Made by a program: the position numbers and the translations under genes. From Candidatus Cloacimonadales bacterium (GTDB lineage: Bacteria > Cloacimonadota > Cloacimonadia > Cloacimonadales > JAFGVF01), in the NCBI GenBank assembly GCA_963662585.1, contig OY759729.1:672001-736000 (forward strand): 64,000 nucleotides of DNA, in the 5' to 3' direction. Positions 19,746 to 30,292 of the stretch are shown one piece after another. The first letter of the stretch is position 1. Every line of letters starts with the position of its first letter. Under the pieces are notes generated by a model, which searched no databases, was not told the origin of the DNA, and saw only the letters and a list, made by a program, of their open reading frames with translations.

Positions 19746-22055
19746 ATGAAAAATAAACAGAGATTTAGTCATTCATTAATTCTGCGATTCGTTGCTATAT
19801 TTGTTTTCTTAGGAATAATTCCCTTGTTGATTCTAATGGCTTGGGCAGTTTATGGCTCTAATAAGTCCATGATGGACCACTTAAAAGGGAATGTTTTTGA
19901 GTTGATTAGACAGAAAGCAGAATACACTTCTCTACAATTAGCTACTGTAGAAAACCTAATCAATAACATATCTAATGTGGAAGATGTTCTGATTAGTTTA
20001 AGAGAAGAGAGTGACACCCTTACAATCTACCAAAAGTTAAAAATCCAAGCCAATATTGGCTATGTCTTAGCTGGATACATTAATCTAGAAGGTATTGAAT
20101 CGATTGATATCTTTTCCCACAATTTAAATAGATATCATTTTGGGAGCAGTCTAATAAAAAACAATGAAACTCCTGTGGAGGATTTCCTCAAGGTTCTAGA
20201 AGAGAACCGAAGTAGTGAATCAGAGATTCATTGGCATGGAGTTAATAAAAATTTCGATAATCCAGAAAAGTACTCACTTATTGCATCCAAAAAACTAAAT
20301 TATTTTGATCGTGAGACAATGACAGAAACTTATATTGGGTTAATAGTTGTCCATTACTCTTTAGAAAGTATAGCTAAGAACTTTACTGGAGATTTTTCTC
20401 AGAAGTTCTCTAGCTTTGTAGTCGATAACAGCGGTAACATTATCTCTGCTCCTAATGAAGAATTTATTGGTTCAGATTTCAAAGCTATTAATGATATCAG
20501 CAAAGACAGATTGCACAATTTTGAAAGAATTGAATTTGCAGGAAATAAAGCTCTTTTATTAAAATATAATTTGGAAGATTATGGTCTTAAGTTCTTTACT
20601 TTTATAAGCAACAAGTACCTTTGGCATACTCAATTTGATTCATTAAAGATTTCATTGATAGGCTTGTTAACCATAGTAGTTTTTAGTTTAATTATCTTCT
20701 ATATTTTTGCTAAACATGTTTTGTTCCCTATAAAAGAACTAACAGAAGCTTTTGTAGATATTACTAAAAACAGATATGATTTAAACTCTCAAATCCAAAT
20801 AACAACAATAGATGAAATCGGAGAATTGCAAATGTGGTTCAATTCTTTTGTTAAAAATTTGCAAGAGAAGAATAAATACGCCTCTGAATTAAAAGAACAA
20901 AAGGAAGTTGCTGAGATAGCAAACAGTGCTAAAGATAATTTTCTCGCAAGTATATCTCATGAATTAAGAACACCTTTAAATGGAGTGATCTCTGTTTCTG
21001 AACTTCTCCATGGCACTTCTCTGTCTTCTGAACAAATTGAATATGTAGAAGTTATTCAACAATCAAGTGATATTCTCTATAGTTTAATAAATCAAATACT
21101 GGACTTCTCAAAAATCTCAGCTCATAAACTATTACTTACTTCAGATAGTTTTGATATAATTCAACTTTTTGATAAGATGGCAAATCTTTATTCTGTGCAA
21201 GCGAAAATTAAAGGTCTCAATTTTGTTTATAATAAACTATCTTATAACAAATTATATGTCTATAATGACGAAATGGCCTTACAGAAAATATTAATCAATT
21301 TGCTGGGAAATAGCTTGAAATATACACCTTCGGGAGAAATTGCTTTCTCAATCGAAGAGTTAATGAAAGATGATGCCCAAATAAAACTTAAAATATCAAT
21401 TTCTGATACTGGCTTAGGAATTCCTGAAGCTAAAAAGAACTCAATTTTTGAAGCTTTCGAACAAGTAGATGGATCTCTTTCTAAGAAGATATCAGGGACT
21501 GGCCTAGGTTTATCTATAGCTCAACAACTCTCTTATCTTATGAATAGTGAGATTAAATTGATTAGTCCTAATCCGAATATTCAGAATAATTCTGATTACC
21601 CTGGTTCTGTTTTCTATCTAGAGTTAGATCTTTCCCTAAGCAAAGAGATTAAAGACTATAATGTGGACAAAGAGCCAATTACTGATAGTTTAAATCTCTC
21701 TGCAAAATGCCTAGTTGTTGAAGATAACTTAATTAATCAAAAAGTAATAACCGCTATACTGAAGAAATCAAACATAGAAGTAGATGTAGCATCAAACTGG
21801 CGTGACTCTTTGAAGTTTATTGAAAGTAATAGCTATGATTATATCTTTATGGATATCCAAATGCCTGAAGTTACAGGTTTTGAACTTACCAAGATGATTC
21901 GTAAAAAAGGAATTAAAACTCCTATAATTGCAGTCTCTGGTAATGTTATTGATGAAGTAAAAACTAAAGCAATAAAAGTAGGTATGGATGATTTTATTGT
22001 TAAACCTATTAAAAGTTCTGAGATAAGAAGAATGTTGGAGAAATATAGAACATAG
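19746..22055 (+). CDS. Hybrid sensor histidine kinase (periplasmic sensor-HAMP-HisKA-HATPase-REC)
   Basis: Two TM helices, DEIGEL, SHELRTPL, NLLGNSLKYT, DTGLG, GTGLGL, EDN...MDIQMP...KP. Confidence 0.92.
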   Translation: MKNKQRFSHSLILRFVAIFVFLGIIPLLILMAWAVYGSNKSMMDHLKGNVFELIRQKAEYTSLQLATVENLINNISNVEDVLISLREESDTLTIYQKLKIQANIGYVLAGYINLEGIESIDIFSHNLNRYHFGSSLIKNNETPVEDFLKVLEENRSSESEIHWHGVNKNFDNPEKYSLIASKKLNYFDRETMTETYIGLIVVHYSLESIAKNFTGDFSQKFSSFVVDNSGNIISAPNEEFIGSDFKAINDISKDRLHNFERIEFAGNKALLLKYNLEDYGLKFFTFISNKYLWHTQFDSLKISLIGLLTIVVFSLIIFYIFAKHVLFPIKELTEAFVDITKNRYDLNSQIQITTIDEIGELQMWFNSFVKNLQEKNKYASELKEQKEVAEIANSAKDNFLASISHELRTPLNGVISVSELLHGTSLSSEQIEYVEVIQQSSDILYSLINQILDFSKISAHKLLLTSDSFDIIQLFDKMANLYSVQAKIKGLNFVYNKLSYNKLYVYNDEMALQKILINLLGNSLKYTPSGEIAFSIEELMKDDAQIKLKISISDTGLGIPEAKKNSIFEAFEQVDGSLSKKISGTGLGLSIAQQLSYLMNSEIKLISPNPNIQNNSDYPGSVFYLELDLSLSKEIKDYNVDKEPITDSLNLSAKCLVVEDNLINQKVITAILKKSNIEVDVASNWRDSLKFIESNSYDYIFMDIQMPEVTGFELTKMIRKKGIKTPIIAVSGNVIDEVKTKAIKVGMDDFIVKPIKSSEIRRMLEKYRT

Positions 22056-22142
22056 AAATTGAAAATAATCAAGCAGTACAATAACTCTACAGATAAATAT
22101 AGAAATTTTACATAATCTTTCAAATTACTTTTCCCCCAAAAA

Positions 22143-22168
22143 TATAAGCCCTGCAAGCAGGGCTTATA
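22143..22168. terminator. Bidirectional terminator between convergent genes
   Basis: tataagccctgc-aa-gcagggcttata. Confidence 0.75.
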
Positions 22169-22218
22169 TATGTAACATTATTTATATCTAACTTTTGTTC
22201 TCAATTCATTATAGCAAC

Positions 22219-25200
22219 CTATTTGCTAAGAATAACCTTACGAGTTTCCTTAATGTTTCCACTTTTAAAAACTACAAAGTAAATACCGCTACTATGTTCA
22301 GAAGCATCCCAAGTATATTTATGATGGCCTTCAGGCTGTGAAGAGATCTCTTTAATATGTACTTTCTGACCCTTCAAATTATAGAAACTTAGATTAACAT
22401 CTGCAGTTTCTTTGAGGCTATAACGAATATTAATTTCAGGATTAAACGGATTAGGATAAAGTCTATCTAATCCAGTAATAAGAGGTATTTCAATGCTTTC
22501 TCCCTCTTGTGTAAGAATTACACTCATTGGTCCATAAAGACTAAATTCTCCACTATAATCACTTGCTTTCAACCAGTAATAGTATTGTGTTTGAGTAAGA
22601 ATATCAATATCGGTATAGGTATAAACATGAGTTTGAGGTGAGTTAGTTGCTTCTATCACAGGAGAGACTATGCTAGCAGTATTAAAATCTTCACTTTCTG
22701 AACGGTAAACATGATAGCCCATTAGTCCACTTTCAGATTGGCTTACCCATTGTAATTTTGCTCCATTGCTAATAGCCGAAACTGTAAAACTACTTAGTTC
22801 CACAGGGAGAGTAATATCTCCAAGATCTGTTTCTTCATCCCATCCAACTTCGCTATTTATATTTGTAAGCAAAGTATCATCTTGAGTACGCACTTCAACT
22901 CTATACAAAGGAGTGTCAGTTAAAAGAGTATATGAGACAACAGCTTTACCATCTTTAGAGCTTACATTACTTGAAGTACCTGTAATTAACTTTCCTTTTT
23001 CAACTGCATCGTAGCCAAGTATTACATATCTTTTACCTGCAACTATGGAGTGTTCTGGAGTTCCACTCACAGTTCCTGTAATCGGGAAAGTAGTACCCAA
23101 TGCTTTAACTTCGGGAAGTAGTATCTTGGAATTATATAAAATCCTTCCTGGTTCTCCTGTATCATTTCCATCATATCCAGTTTCAGTATCATCATCCACA
23201 TAGCGTCCACTACCTGCAAGGCTAGTACCTTTACGAACTGGCACCCAGAAAAATGTTCCGCTAGTAGGATCACCTAATTCTGCATTTATCAAAACACCAC
23301 CTTCGATGTCTGCTGGAGATATCCAAGTTTTGCTTACATGATCCCAAACTTCCATTTCTCCTTTGCTAACATCATCTTGAACTCCTACTATATCAAAGCG
23401 TAAGGAACTTCCGCTGTAGCCTTGGGTTTGAACTAGGATTACTGATTCTGAATCTTCTGAACTTAAATCCATGCGTTCCGGACGATGAATAAGAGCTTTT
23501 CCTGGAAATCTATTATTTACACAAGAAGCTACAAAATCAGAAGTTGTTATATTACTCATAGTTAAATCGACACCACCATTACCAGGGGCAACAGTAGTTC
23601 CAGTAGTTCCAGAAGTTTCATTAAGAGGCCAAGAGAAATCGGAATTATCTGAACCACTTCCTGCAAGAGGAGTATCTGCATAATCAGCTGCTATTTCAGT
23701 AGGTGTACGAGCTTCACCCACCCACATCCTGACATTTCGTATGTTCCCGTTAAAAGGTCTGTCACCATAAGCCATTTTACCAATATTAAATCTTGAAGTA
23801 GATCCAGCCTGTAAGTTTCCAGTCGTACTTCTAGCGGATTGAGTTACATCTTGGTCATTAACATAGATTTTTACAGGTCCCGCATTATATACACCTGTAA
23901 CAAGATACCAAATACCTTGCTGTATGGTAACCTTTGCTGGATCAGATAGCACATAGACACGCGTACCGGTAGGTCTGATGGCAAATTCAAAACTTGAGTT
24001 TTGATAATTATGTTGTAACCAGAAAGAACCACTTGAACCATCATTAGAAGTTGTTTGTGAAACAATATTAGCCCATGCAAGGTTTGTAGATGGATCAGAA
24101 GTCCAACGAACCCATGCTTGTACAGTAAACTTGTTTGTAGCAGCACTTGTCAATCCAAACACATCTCCAATTGTTGATTTTAGATGCGGTCTTAAAGCCG
24201 TAGTTGCGTCTCTGCCATACTTAATCCTGTTATTTATTTCGCGTTGAATATTTAAGATATAATCCTTAGTCCCTTGTGAATTAACCACTTTAATATTAAA
24301 GGTAATAGCTGTAGGGTAACCATTAGCATTAGGATCAGTTGGTCCTACCCTAAGAACACTTTCACCATTTGATGATACTCTTGCATCATCTATGAAAACC
24401 TGACAATCACTTGGAGCCATAAGATTAAGTCTTATATTGGAATAAGAATCCACAATACTAGTGAGATAACTTCCATTAGCATCAGGCTCAGCACTAAAAC
24501 TTGGAGTAATGTTAATAGAATTTCTAGCTGGATAGCTTAGTTCCAGCCTTCCTAAATGTGGTTCCCAGTTTGAAAGTCCACTTAAAGTGTAATTGACTGA
24601 AGTAGCAGAAATACTTGCATTATTTCTTAAAGTAGCAGTGACAGTAATAGTACCATTGCTGAGACCTATTAAGTCATCATCATCAAAATAAGCTGTACCT
24701 GTATCACTATTAACACTCCAATTTATTTCTTGAAGCGATGAAAGATTATCACCATTAATATTAGCAGCATTGGTATTTGAGCCAGTAACTAAAGCGGTAA
24801 ATGTACTTCCGACTGTTCCGCTGATAGTGATGTTAGTTCCAGCAGTAGGGAGATTTTCTGCTCTGCGTCTGAAACGAAGTGTATAAGTCTTAGGGTCTGC
24901 TGAGTCATAATCAGCAACAATAGTAAGTACATTGTTTTGAGTATCAGCATTTGGATTTCCGCTAGCATCCATCCCAGCTGATGTTCCAGCAAAAGTTAGT
25001 GGTACAGTAATAATTCCATTTACAGAAGCTTGAGTGAAGGTTGTTACAATACTTGAACCAAAAAACTTTGCTTCGAGTTGATAGTTTCCGGTTGCGGGAA
25101 AAGTTAGCTTCAAAAATTCAGCAGCAGAATAAGTACTATAGTTATACTCCGTAGTTGCTGAATCATAATTGAAATTTTCCATAGTATAAGTAGTAGAATT

Positions 25201-25374
25201 TATACGGTTAAAAATAAAATTTACAGGATCAGAACCGTATTCTATCTGAGCTGTAATGTTTAAAGAACTTAACCCTTTCGCGTCGGACTCGTCTCGTGTA
25301 GTTGCAGATAAAATAGAAATAAATAAAACCATGAATAATATCATCAAGGTTTTAAATCTTTTATTAATAATCAT
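22219..25374 (-). CDS. Large secreted beta-rich protein: Ig/cadherin-like modules, LamG-like domain, C-terminal sorting domain
   Basis: Start moved to 25374 (GGAGG RBS); FTVQAWV, WYLVTGVYN, FNGNIRNVRMW; LPVELSSF, YPNPFNPE, YNLKGQKV. Confidence 0.8.
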   Translation of the reverse strand: MIINKRFKTLMILFMVLFISILSATTRDESDAKGLSSLNITAQIEYGSDPVNFIFNRINSTTYTMENFNYDSATTEYNYSTYSAAEFLKLTFPATGNYQLEAKFFGSSIVTTFTQASVNGIITVPLTFAGTSAGMDASGNPNADTQNNVLTIVADYDSADPKTYTLRFRRRAENLPTAGTNITISGTVGSTFTALVTGSNTNAANINGDNLSSLQEINWSVNSDTGTAYFDDDDLIGLSNGTITVTATLRNNASISATSVNYTLSGLSNWEPHLGRLELSYPARNSINITPSFSAEPDANGSYLTSIVDSYSNIRLNLMAPSDCQVFIDDARVSSNGESVLRVGPTDPNANGYPTAITFNIKVVNSQGTKDYILNIQREINNRIKYGRDATTALRPHLKSTIGDVFGLTSAATNKFTVQAWVRWTSDPSTNLAWANIVSQTTSNDGSSGSFWLQHNYQNSSFEFAIRPTGTRVYVLSDPAKVTIQQGIWYLVTGVYNAGPVKIYVNDQDVTQSARSTTGNLQAGSTSRFNIGKMAYGDRPFNGNIRNVRMWVGEARTPTEIAADYADTPLAGSGSDNSDFSWPLNETSGTTGTTVAPGNGGVDLTMSNITTSDFVASCVNNRFPGKALIHRPERMDLSSEDSESVILVQTQGYSGSSLRFDIVGVQDDVSKGEMEVWDHVSKTWISPADIEGGVLINAELGDPTSGTFFWVPVRKGTSLAGSGRYVDDDTETGYDGNDTGEPGRILYNSKILLPEVKALGTTFPITGTVSGTPEHSIVAGKRYVILGYDAVEKGKLITGTSSNVSSKDGKAVVSYTLLTDTPLYRVEVRTQDDTLLTNINSEVGWDEETDLGDITLPVELSSFTVSAISNGAKLQWVSQSESGLMGYHVYRSESEDFNTASIVSPVIEATNSPQTHVYTYTDIDILTQTQYYYWLKASDYSGEFSLYGPMSVILTQEGESIEIPLITGLDRLYPNPFNPEINIRYSLKETADVNLSFYNLKGQKVHIKEISSQPEGHHKYTWDASEHSSGIYFVVFKSGNIKETRKVILSK

Positions 25375-25513
25375 ACTCACCTCCATAGTGAATTTTCTTT
25401 CAAAAATGCATAGTATTATTTTCAAAGAATGAATATATAATGTCAAGTATTATTATTTTATGCTATTTTTAGAGGTTTATTTACTAGTGCTATTGAATGG
25501 AATAGAGTGAACC

Positions 25514-26178
25514 TTAGCCACTAGAATCAGCTAGCAAATCACTCTCATCTAAATTCTTATAAATTTTGAAACCATATTCATTATTATCTAATTTGAAGAA
25601 TAAATAAAAAGAATCTTTACCTATACACTTTATCTGCTTATTATCTATGATTTTGAGAGAAATATTATCATCAAGACCAAAGCCTGAATTAACTTTATTC
25701 TTCTTCATTTTATTCAAAAGCTCGTTAAATCTTTTCTTCTCAGAGAATGAGGTTTTATAGCTAGATTATTAATTAACTCATAATTAAGTGCTAGAATAGC
25801 ACCTGCTGAAACTCCAGCATAAGGGACACCTGAATTATACTTTTCTAATATGATCTGTGATATCTCAGGACTAGCATAAATCTTCTGATAGAAATGAGCA
25901 TTCCCTCCTAATACCAAAAGGCCTGTAGCTTTTTCTAGCAATTCAATTGTTTGAGTAGGAGCAGACTTGTCGTTTATATTAGGAGCAATTAAATGTATTC
26001 TCTCAAGATCCAAATCTAAGTCTGTTTGTTTAATTAATTCTAACAAACTAGTGCCTTGCTCACTAATCTGCATTAAAACAAGTAAATGATAATCACCCTG
26101 ACAAGCTGTTCTGAGAAAATCTTTAAAATTAGGCAAGGTATAATCATTTATCAAGCTAAAGAGATAAAGGAGTTTCAT
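25514..26178 (-). pseudogene. Peptidase S51 (cyanophycinase/PepE-like), split by an apparent 1-bp deletion near 25746
   Basis: LGGN, GVSAGA, KPH; adding one T gives KPHFSEKKRFNELL...GFGLDD and joins the two ORFs. Confidence 0.75.
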
Positions 26179-27104
26179 AGTTGAGGAACCTTCTTAAGTG
26201 CTATACTTTTTTTAGGTCTTTTGCTTAGCAGATATCCAGCAATAGTAATAAGAACTCCTCCAATAATTAAGGTAGGATTTACTTGCAAATTTAAGAAGAG
26301 TACTTCATTAATAGTAGTGAACAAAACAGTAAAAGTGAATAAGATACTAGCAGTATTTGCACTGATTCCTGTTAAGGCAAAATTCCAGAATAGATAGGCT
26401 AGACCAGATTGAAATAGTCCCATCTCGAAAAACCAGAATATTTCAGATTGAGAAGTAGGTAATTTGCCCTCTATAAAAAGATAGATAGGACTCATCATAA
26501 TCGAGGCTAAAAGGAATATCCAAAACAGAAGCTGAATCACTTTCAAAGGCTCTTTACTTAATCCCTTCATCAAGCCAGAAGATAGATAAACATAAGCACC
26601 GAAAGTAATTCCTGTCAAAACACCTAAGATCAAACCCATAGTATATCCTTCACCCAACTCAGGGAAACTACTCTTCCCCATCACAATTGTGATTAAACCC
26701 AGCATAGCAATAACTAATGAGATGATTTGATTCCTTGTGGGACTTATTTTATCTTTGAAATAGACAATTAGTAAAACAAAGACAGGAGCTAAGTTTTCCA
26801 ATATCATCACTAAGGTCCCATGCAAGTATTTCAAAGTTAAGTGATATAAAATTGAATTTAAGCAAATCCCAATAATACTTATCTTAAGAATATCTTTCCA
26901 TTTAGATTTAAAGAGTGAAAAACCAAAGTCTCTTTTGTATATTAAGAAGATTAAGAAAACAAATGTGCCTATCCAAAATCTACTTACAGCAACAAAATAC
27001 ATATTAACATCTTGGACAGCAAGATATCTTCCTGCTGGTCCATGAATACCCCAACTAAAAAGAGCCAAGAAGGCAAATATCAAAGATTTACTTTTATTTG
27101 TCAT
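26175..27104 (-). CDS. DMT/EamA family transporter
   Basis: About 10 TM helices in two repeats; SWG, RF, LAPVF, GLAYLFW. Confidence 0.88.
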   Translation of the reverse strand: MTNKSKSLIFAFLALFSWGIHGPAGRYLAVQDVNMYFVAVSRFWIGTFVFLIFLIYKRDFGFSLFKSKWKDILKISIIGICLNSILYHLTLKYLHGTLVMILENLAPVFVLLIVYFKDKISPTRNQIISLVIAMLGLITIVMGKSSFPELGEGYTMGLILGVLTGITFGAYVYLSSGLMKGLSKEPLKVIQLLFWIFLLASIMMSPIYLFIEGKLPTSQSEIFWFFEMGLFQSGLAYLFWNFALTGISANTASILFTFTVLFTTINEVLFLNLQVNPTLIIGGVLITIAGYLLSKRPKKSIALKKVPQL

Positions 27105-27114
27105 TTATCTTTAT

Positions 27115-28293
27115 TTAATCCAGTAAAATTAATGGTACCATCATCTCTTTCTCTGTTAAGCCGGCATGCATGGCTTTAAACTTGAAAGTACTATTAGACT
27201 GAGGGTATCTAGTTTGAATAGCTTTAGAGCCTTTAGCTATCAGTAGATAATCCCCAAGCATATCTAAGACCCGTGGATGAGCTTTTCCCTTTCCTAACAA
27301 CTCTTTAGCCAGAAACTCCCTTTTACTCATAATAATGAAATCATCTTCATGTTCTTTGGCAAACTCACAAAATTGCGATTCTTTATCTTTATGAATAAAA
27401 CATGATATAAAGCGAGGTTCAGGGAAAGTAGGAATAATCAAACTATCCCATAAATTTTTATCTTCATTGGCATAAATAGAATCATCTACATCAATCATCC
27501 CATGATCAGCAGTAACGATAATTAAAGATTTTGTTCCAGCCAACTGCTTATGTAAATTTTCTACTTGGTTTTGAATATGCTCAATAATTATTTTGATTTC
27601 AGGTGATTTAACACCTAATTTGTGCATTGATTTATCTGGTTCTCCAGTATAACAATAGAATAATTTCTGAGCAAGATTTTCTTTTATAGTTTTTTCAATA
27701 TAAGTAAAAGCACTTTCTAAATCTGTATAAGAATATATCTCTGCAGAATCAGCAGCCATTTTATTATATTTAGATTTTGTCAAGCCTTCCGGAGAAACAT
27801 AGTGTTGTTCAATTTCAGGCCTTAAATTATTAATAATTTTAAAGATAGATTCAAAATGGAATTTTTCATGTACTCCTGAATAAAATTCTGGCAATGTTTT
27901 ACCAGTACTTGTGTCACTCAAGGGTAAAAAATCAATTAATTTGAAAAACTCTTTAAAATAGAGCGTCCAGCCTATTATTCCATGTTCCAAGGGTGAAACA
28001 CCAGATAGATAGGAGGATATTGCTGCTGCTGTTGTGGGAGGAAATACTGAAGTTAAGGTTGAGACAGTATTTTTCCTAAAGAGTGATCTTTCAGAGAGAT
28101 GAGTTTTCAGTACGAAATCCCCTAATCCATCAACTACTAAAAAGACAATATTATCAAATTTATCTAAATACTCTGCAGATAGCTCTTTTAAAGCAGGGTA
28201 ATGGTGATTACACCCAAAGTAGTGTAATATCGAAGCTGTAATGTTTAATATACTTTTCTCGTAATCAGGATAAACAGTTTTCTCTACATTCAT
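27115..28293 (-). CDS. Alkaline phosphatase superfamily / nucleotide pyrophosphatase-phosphodiesterase
   Basis: VDGLG, SVFPPTT, PDKSMH, TADHG, HAGLT. Confidence 0.88.
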   Translation of the reverse strand: MNVEKTVYPDYEKSILNITASILHYFGCNHHYPALKELSAEYLDKFDNIVFLVVDGLGDFVLKTHLSERSLFRKNTVSTLTSVFPPTTAAAISSYLSGVSPLEHGIIGWTLYFKEFFKLIDFLPLSDTSTGKTLPEFYSGVHEKFHFESIFKIINNLRPEIEQHYVSPEGLTKSKYNKMAADSAEIYSYTDLESAFTYIEKTIKENLAQKLFYCYTGEPDKSMHKLGVKSPEIKIIIEHIQNQVENLHKQLAGTKSLIIVTADHGMIDVDDSIYANEDKNLWDSLIIPTFPEPRFISCFIHKDKESQFCEFAKEHEDDFIIMSKREFLAKELLGKGKAHPRVLDMLGDYLLIAKGSKAIQTRYPQSNSTFKFKAMHAGLTEKEMMVPLILLD

Positions 28294-28561
28294 ATTAATT
28301 CTCCTTGATTAAGATTTTAAAAGTGGATTAATAAGTCAATTAGAATTTTATTTTTGTTTATTCTCCAAGAAGTTTATTCTAGATGATGACTATTAACAAA
28401 CTTTTCATATTCATCTAATCTATTGAACCATAGGGTATTCACAAGAGATATTTTCAAAGCTGACAACAAAAATTATTTCTTAATTATCAGTTAAATCTAT
28501 TGACAGATTTCGACTACTTTTTATTAATTATCAAAGAAGAATATTATGATTGGAGGCAACT

Positions 28562-29059
28562 ATGAAGAGAGTAGTGATGGATACTAACAAAGGTACCATA
28601 GAAATTGAATTGTGGAGTGATAAAGCTCCTGAAACAGTACAGAATTTTATTGATTATGTAGAAGAGGGATTCTATGATGGCTTAGTTTTTCATCGCGTAA
28701 TTGATAACTTTATGATTCAGGGTGGAGGATTCACTCAATCAGGTGAACATCGAAATGGCAGAGAAGCAATTAAAAATGAAGCTCATAACAAAGTAAGTAA
28801 TGAAGTTGGAACAATTGCTATGGCTAGAACTAATGATCCTCATTCAGCAACATCTCAATTTTTCATCAATGTAGCTAATAACACCTTCTTAGATTATCAA
28901 AATAGCTCTAATTGGGGATACTGTGTTTTTGGCAAAGTAATTGAAGGTATGGAAGTTGTTAATGCCGTAAAAAGCACTCCAACAAGAAAACACCATGTTA
29001 CAGGAATGGCAGATTGGCCTAAAGAAGATATTATTATCACAAGTGCTAAAGTTAAATAA
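28562..29059 (+). CDS. Cyclophilin-type peptidyl-prolyl isomerase (PpiA/PpiB family)
   Basis: FHRVIDNFMIQGGG, GTIAMART, SATSQFFIN, YCVFGKV; GGAGG RBS. Confidence 0.95.
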   Translation: MKRVVMDTNKGTIEIELWSDKAPETVQNFIDYVEEGFYDGLVFHRVIDNFMIQGGGFTQSGEHRNGREAIKNEAHNKVSNEVGTIAMARTNDPHSATSQFFINVANNTFLDYQNSSNWGYCVFGKVIEGMEVVNAVKSTPTRKHHVTGMADWPKEDIIITSAKVK

Positions 29060-29069
29060 TTAAGTTCAT

Positions 29070-29096
29070 GGGTTACAGATCTGATATCTGTAACCC
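29070..29096. terminator. Terminator hairpin between convergent genes
   Basis: gggttacagat...atctgtaaccc followed by ttta. Confidence 0.75.
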
Positions 29097-29171
29097 TTTA
29101 TTACCAACTAGGGCAGTATAAATTTATAGAAGATTTATTATTATTGGAAAAGTCTACTAATATCTTTGATT

Positions 29172-29969
29172 TTATATATTTATCACTTTTTTAGCTATCT
29201 TTTCCCCTAATTTAGATATTTCTTCAATTTTAAGAAATTCTCCAGGTAAAAAAGAACTAATATCACAATCTATATAGATATCAGGAGTAAATACCTTTAA
29301 CCTCTCATGAACTAAAAAAGATTGATTACAATTAATAGATTCCATAACTATTTCATACCATTTCTTTATTTTTTTCTTTTTTGATTCAGATTTATCAGAA
29401 CTTACATTCAAATGAACAGTCTTATTAGTTATTGCAGGTAGTACATTCACTGCAATAGTAAATTCATCTTCAGCTAAATCTAAGCAAGGTAAGGGATATT
29501 CGACTCCACCATCGACTAAAAAGAGATCTCCTACCGAGACAGGATTAAAAATATAAGGTATTGCTGAAGAAGCTCGCATTGCTTTTGCACAATTACCAGA
29601 ATTCATGATAACAGTATATTTAGAATTTATATCAAAAGCTACAGCTGAAAATTTTATTTTAAGTTCTTCAATGTTAACATTTTTAAGTCTCTGGTTTATC
29701 TTTTTTTCAATAAAGCTACCATCAAAAAAACCTTGGAATTTTAAATCAATATTCAAGGGATTGATAAATTCTAAATATTTAAACTCTTTACCAAAATCTA
29801 ATATCTCTTGTGGAGTCATTCCTGAAGCATATAGTCCACCAACTATTGCCCCCATGCTAGTGCCAATTATCCTACTTATAGCAAAGTTCTTTTCTAGTAC
29901 TTTCAATACTCCAATATGTGCGAAGCCTAAAGCAGCTCCCCCTCCCAAAATTACTGTAGCTTTTTGCAT
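29172..29969 (-). CDS. Patatin-like phospholipase (RssA-like)
   Basis: GGGAALG, GTSMG, DGG. Confidence 0.92.
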   Translation of the reverse strand: MQKATVILGGGAALGFAHIGVLKVLEKNFAISRIIGTSMGAIVGGLYASGMTPQEILDFGKEFKYLEFINPLNIDLKFQGFFDGSFIEKKINQRLKNVNIEELKIKFSAVAFDINSKYTVIMNSGNCAKAMRASSAIPYIFNPVSVGDLFLVDGGVEYPLPCLDLAEDEFTIAVNVLPAITNKTVHLNVSSDKSESKKKKIKKWYEIVMESINCNQSFLVHERLKVFTPDIYIDCDISSFLPGEFLKIEEISKLGEKIAKKVINI

Positions 29970-29983
29970 AAATTCCTCACAAA

Positions 29984-30292
29984 CTAATCTTGCTCACTTA
30001 TAATTTCATCTTCTTCAGGAGGATTAATGGCTTTGGTAGGACATCCTAAGTAGTCATCAAAATTGCCTCCAACACAAATACCACACTGAATACAATTTGT
30101 CTGATCTATTACAGCCTTTCCCCCTACTAAAGAAATAGCTTGTACAGGGCAAGCATCAACACAAGCTCCACAAGCTACACATTTGAATTCTGAAATACTA
30201 TAACCTTCTTTTGAATTACTCTTGTTACCTATTAAAGAAGTCAACAATAACAAGAAAAAGACAACTATTACTGCTATTTTAATTCTTTTCAT
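29984..30292 (-). CDS. Signal-peptide/membrane-anchored 2x[4Fe-4S] ferredoxin
   Basis: Start re-assigned to ATG 30292 (MKRIKIAVIVVFFLLL); CVACGACVDACP and CIQCGICx9CP. Confidence 0.8.
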   Translation of the reverse strand: MKRIKIAVIVVFFLLLLTSLIGNKSNSKEGYSISEFKCVACGACVDACPVQAISLVGGKAVIDQTNCIQCGICVGGNFDDYLGCPTKAINPPEEDEIISEQD

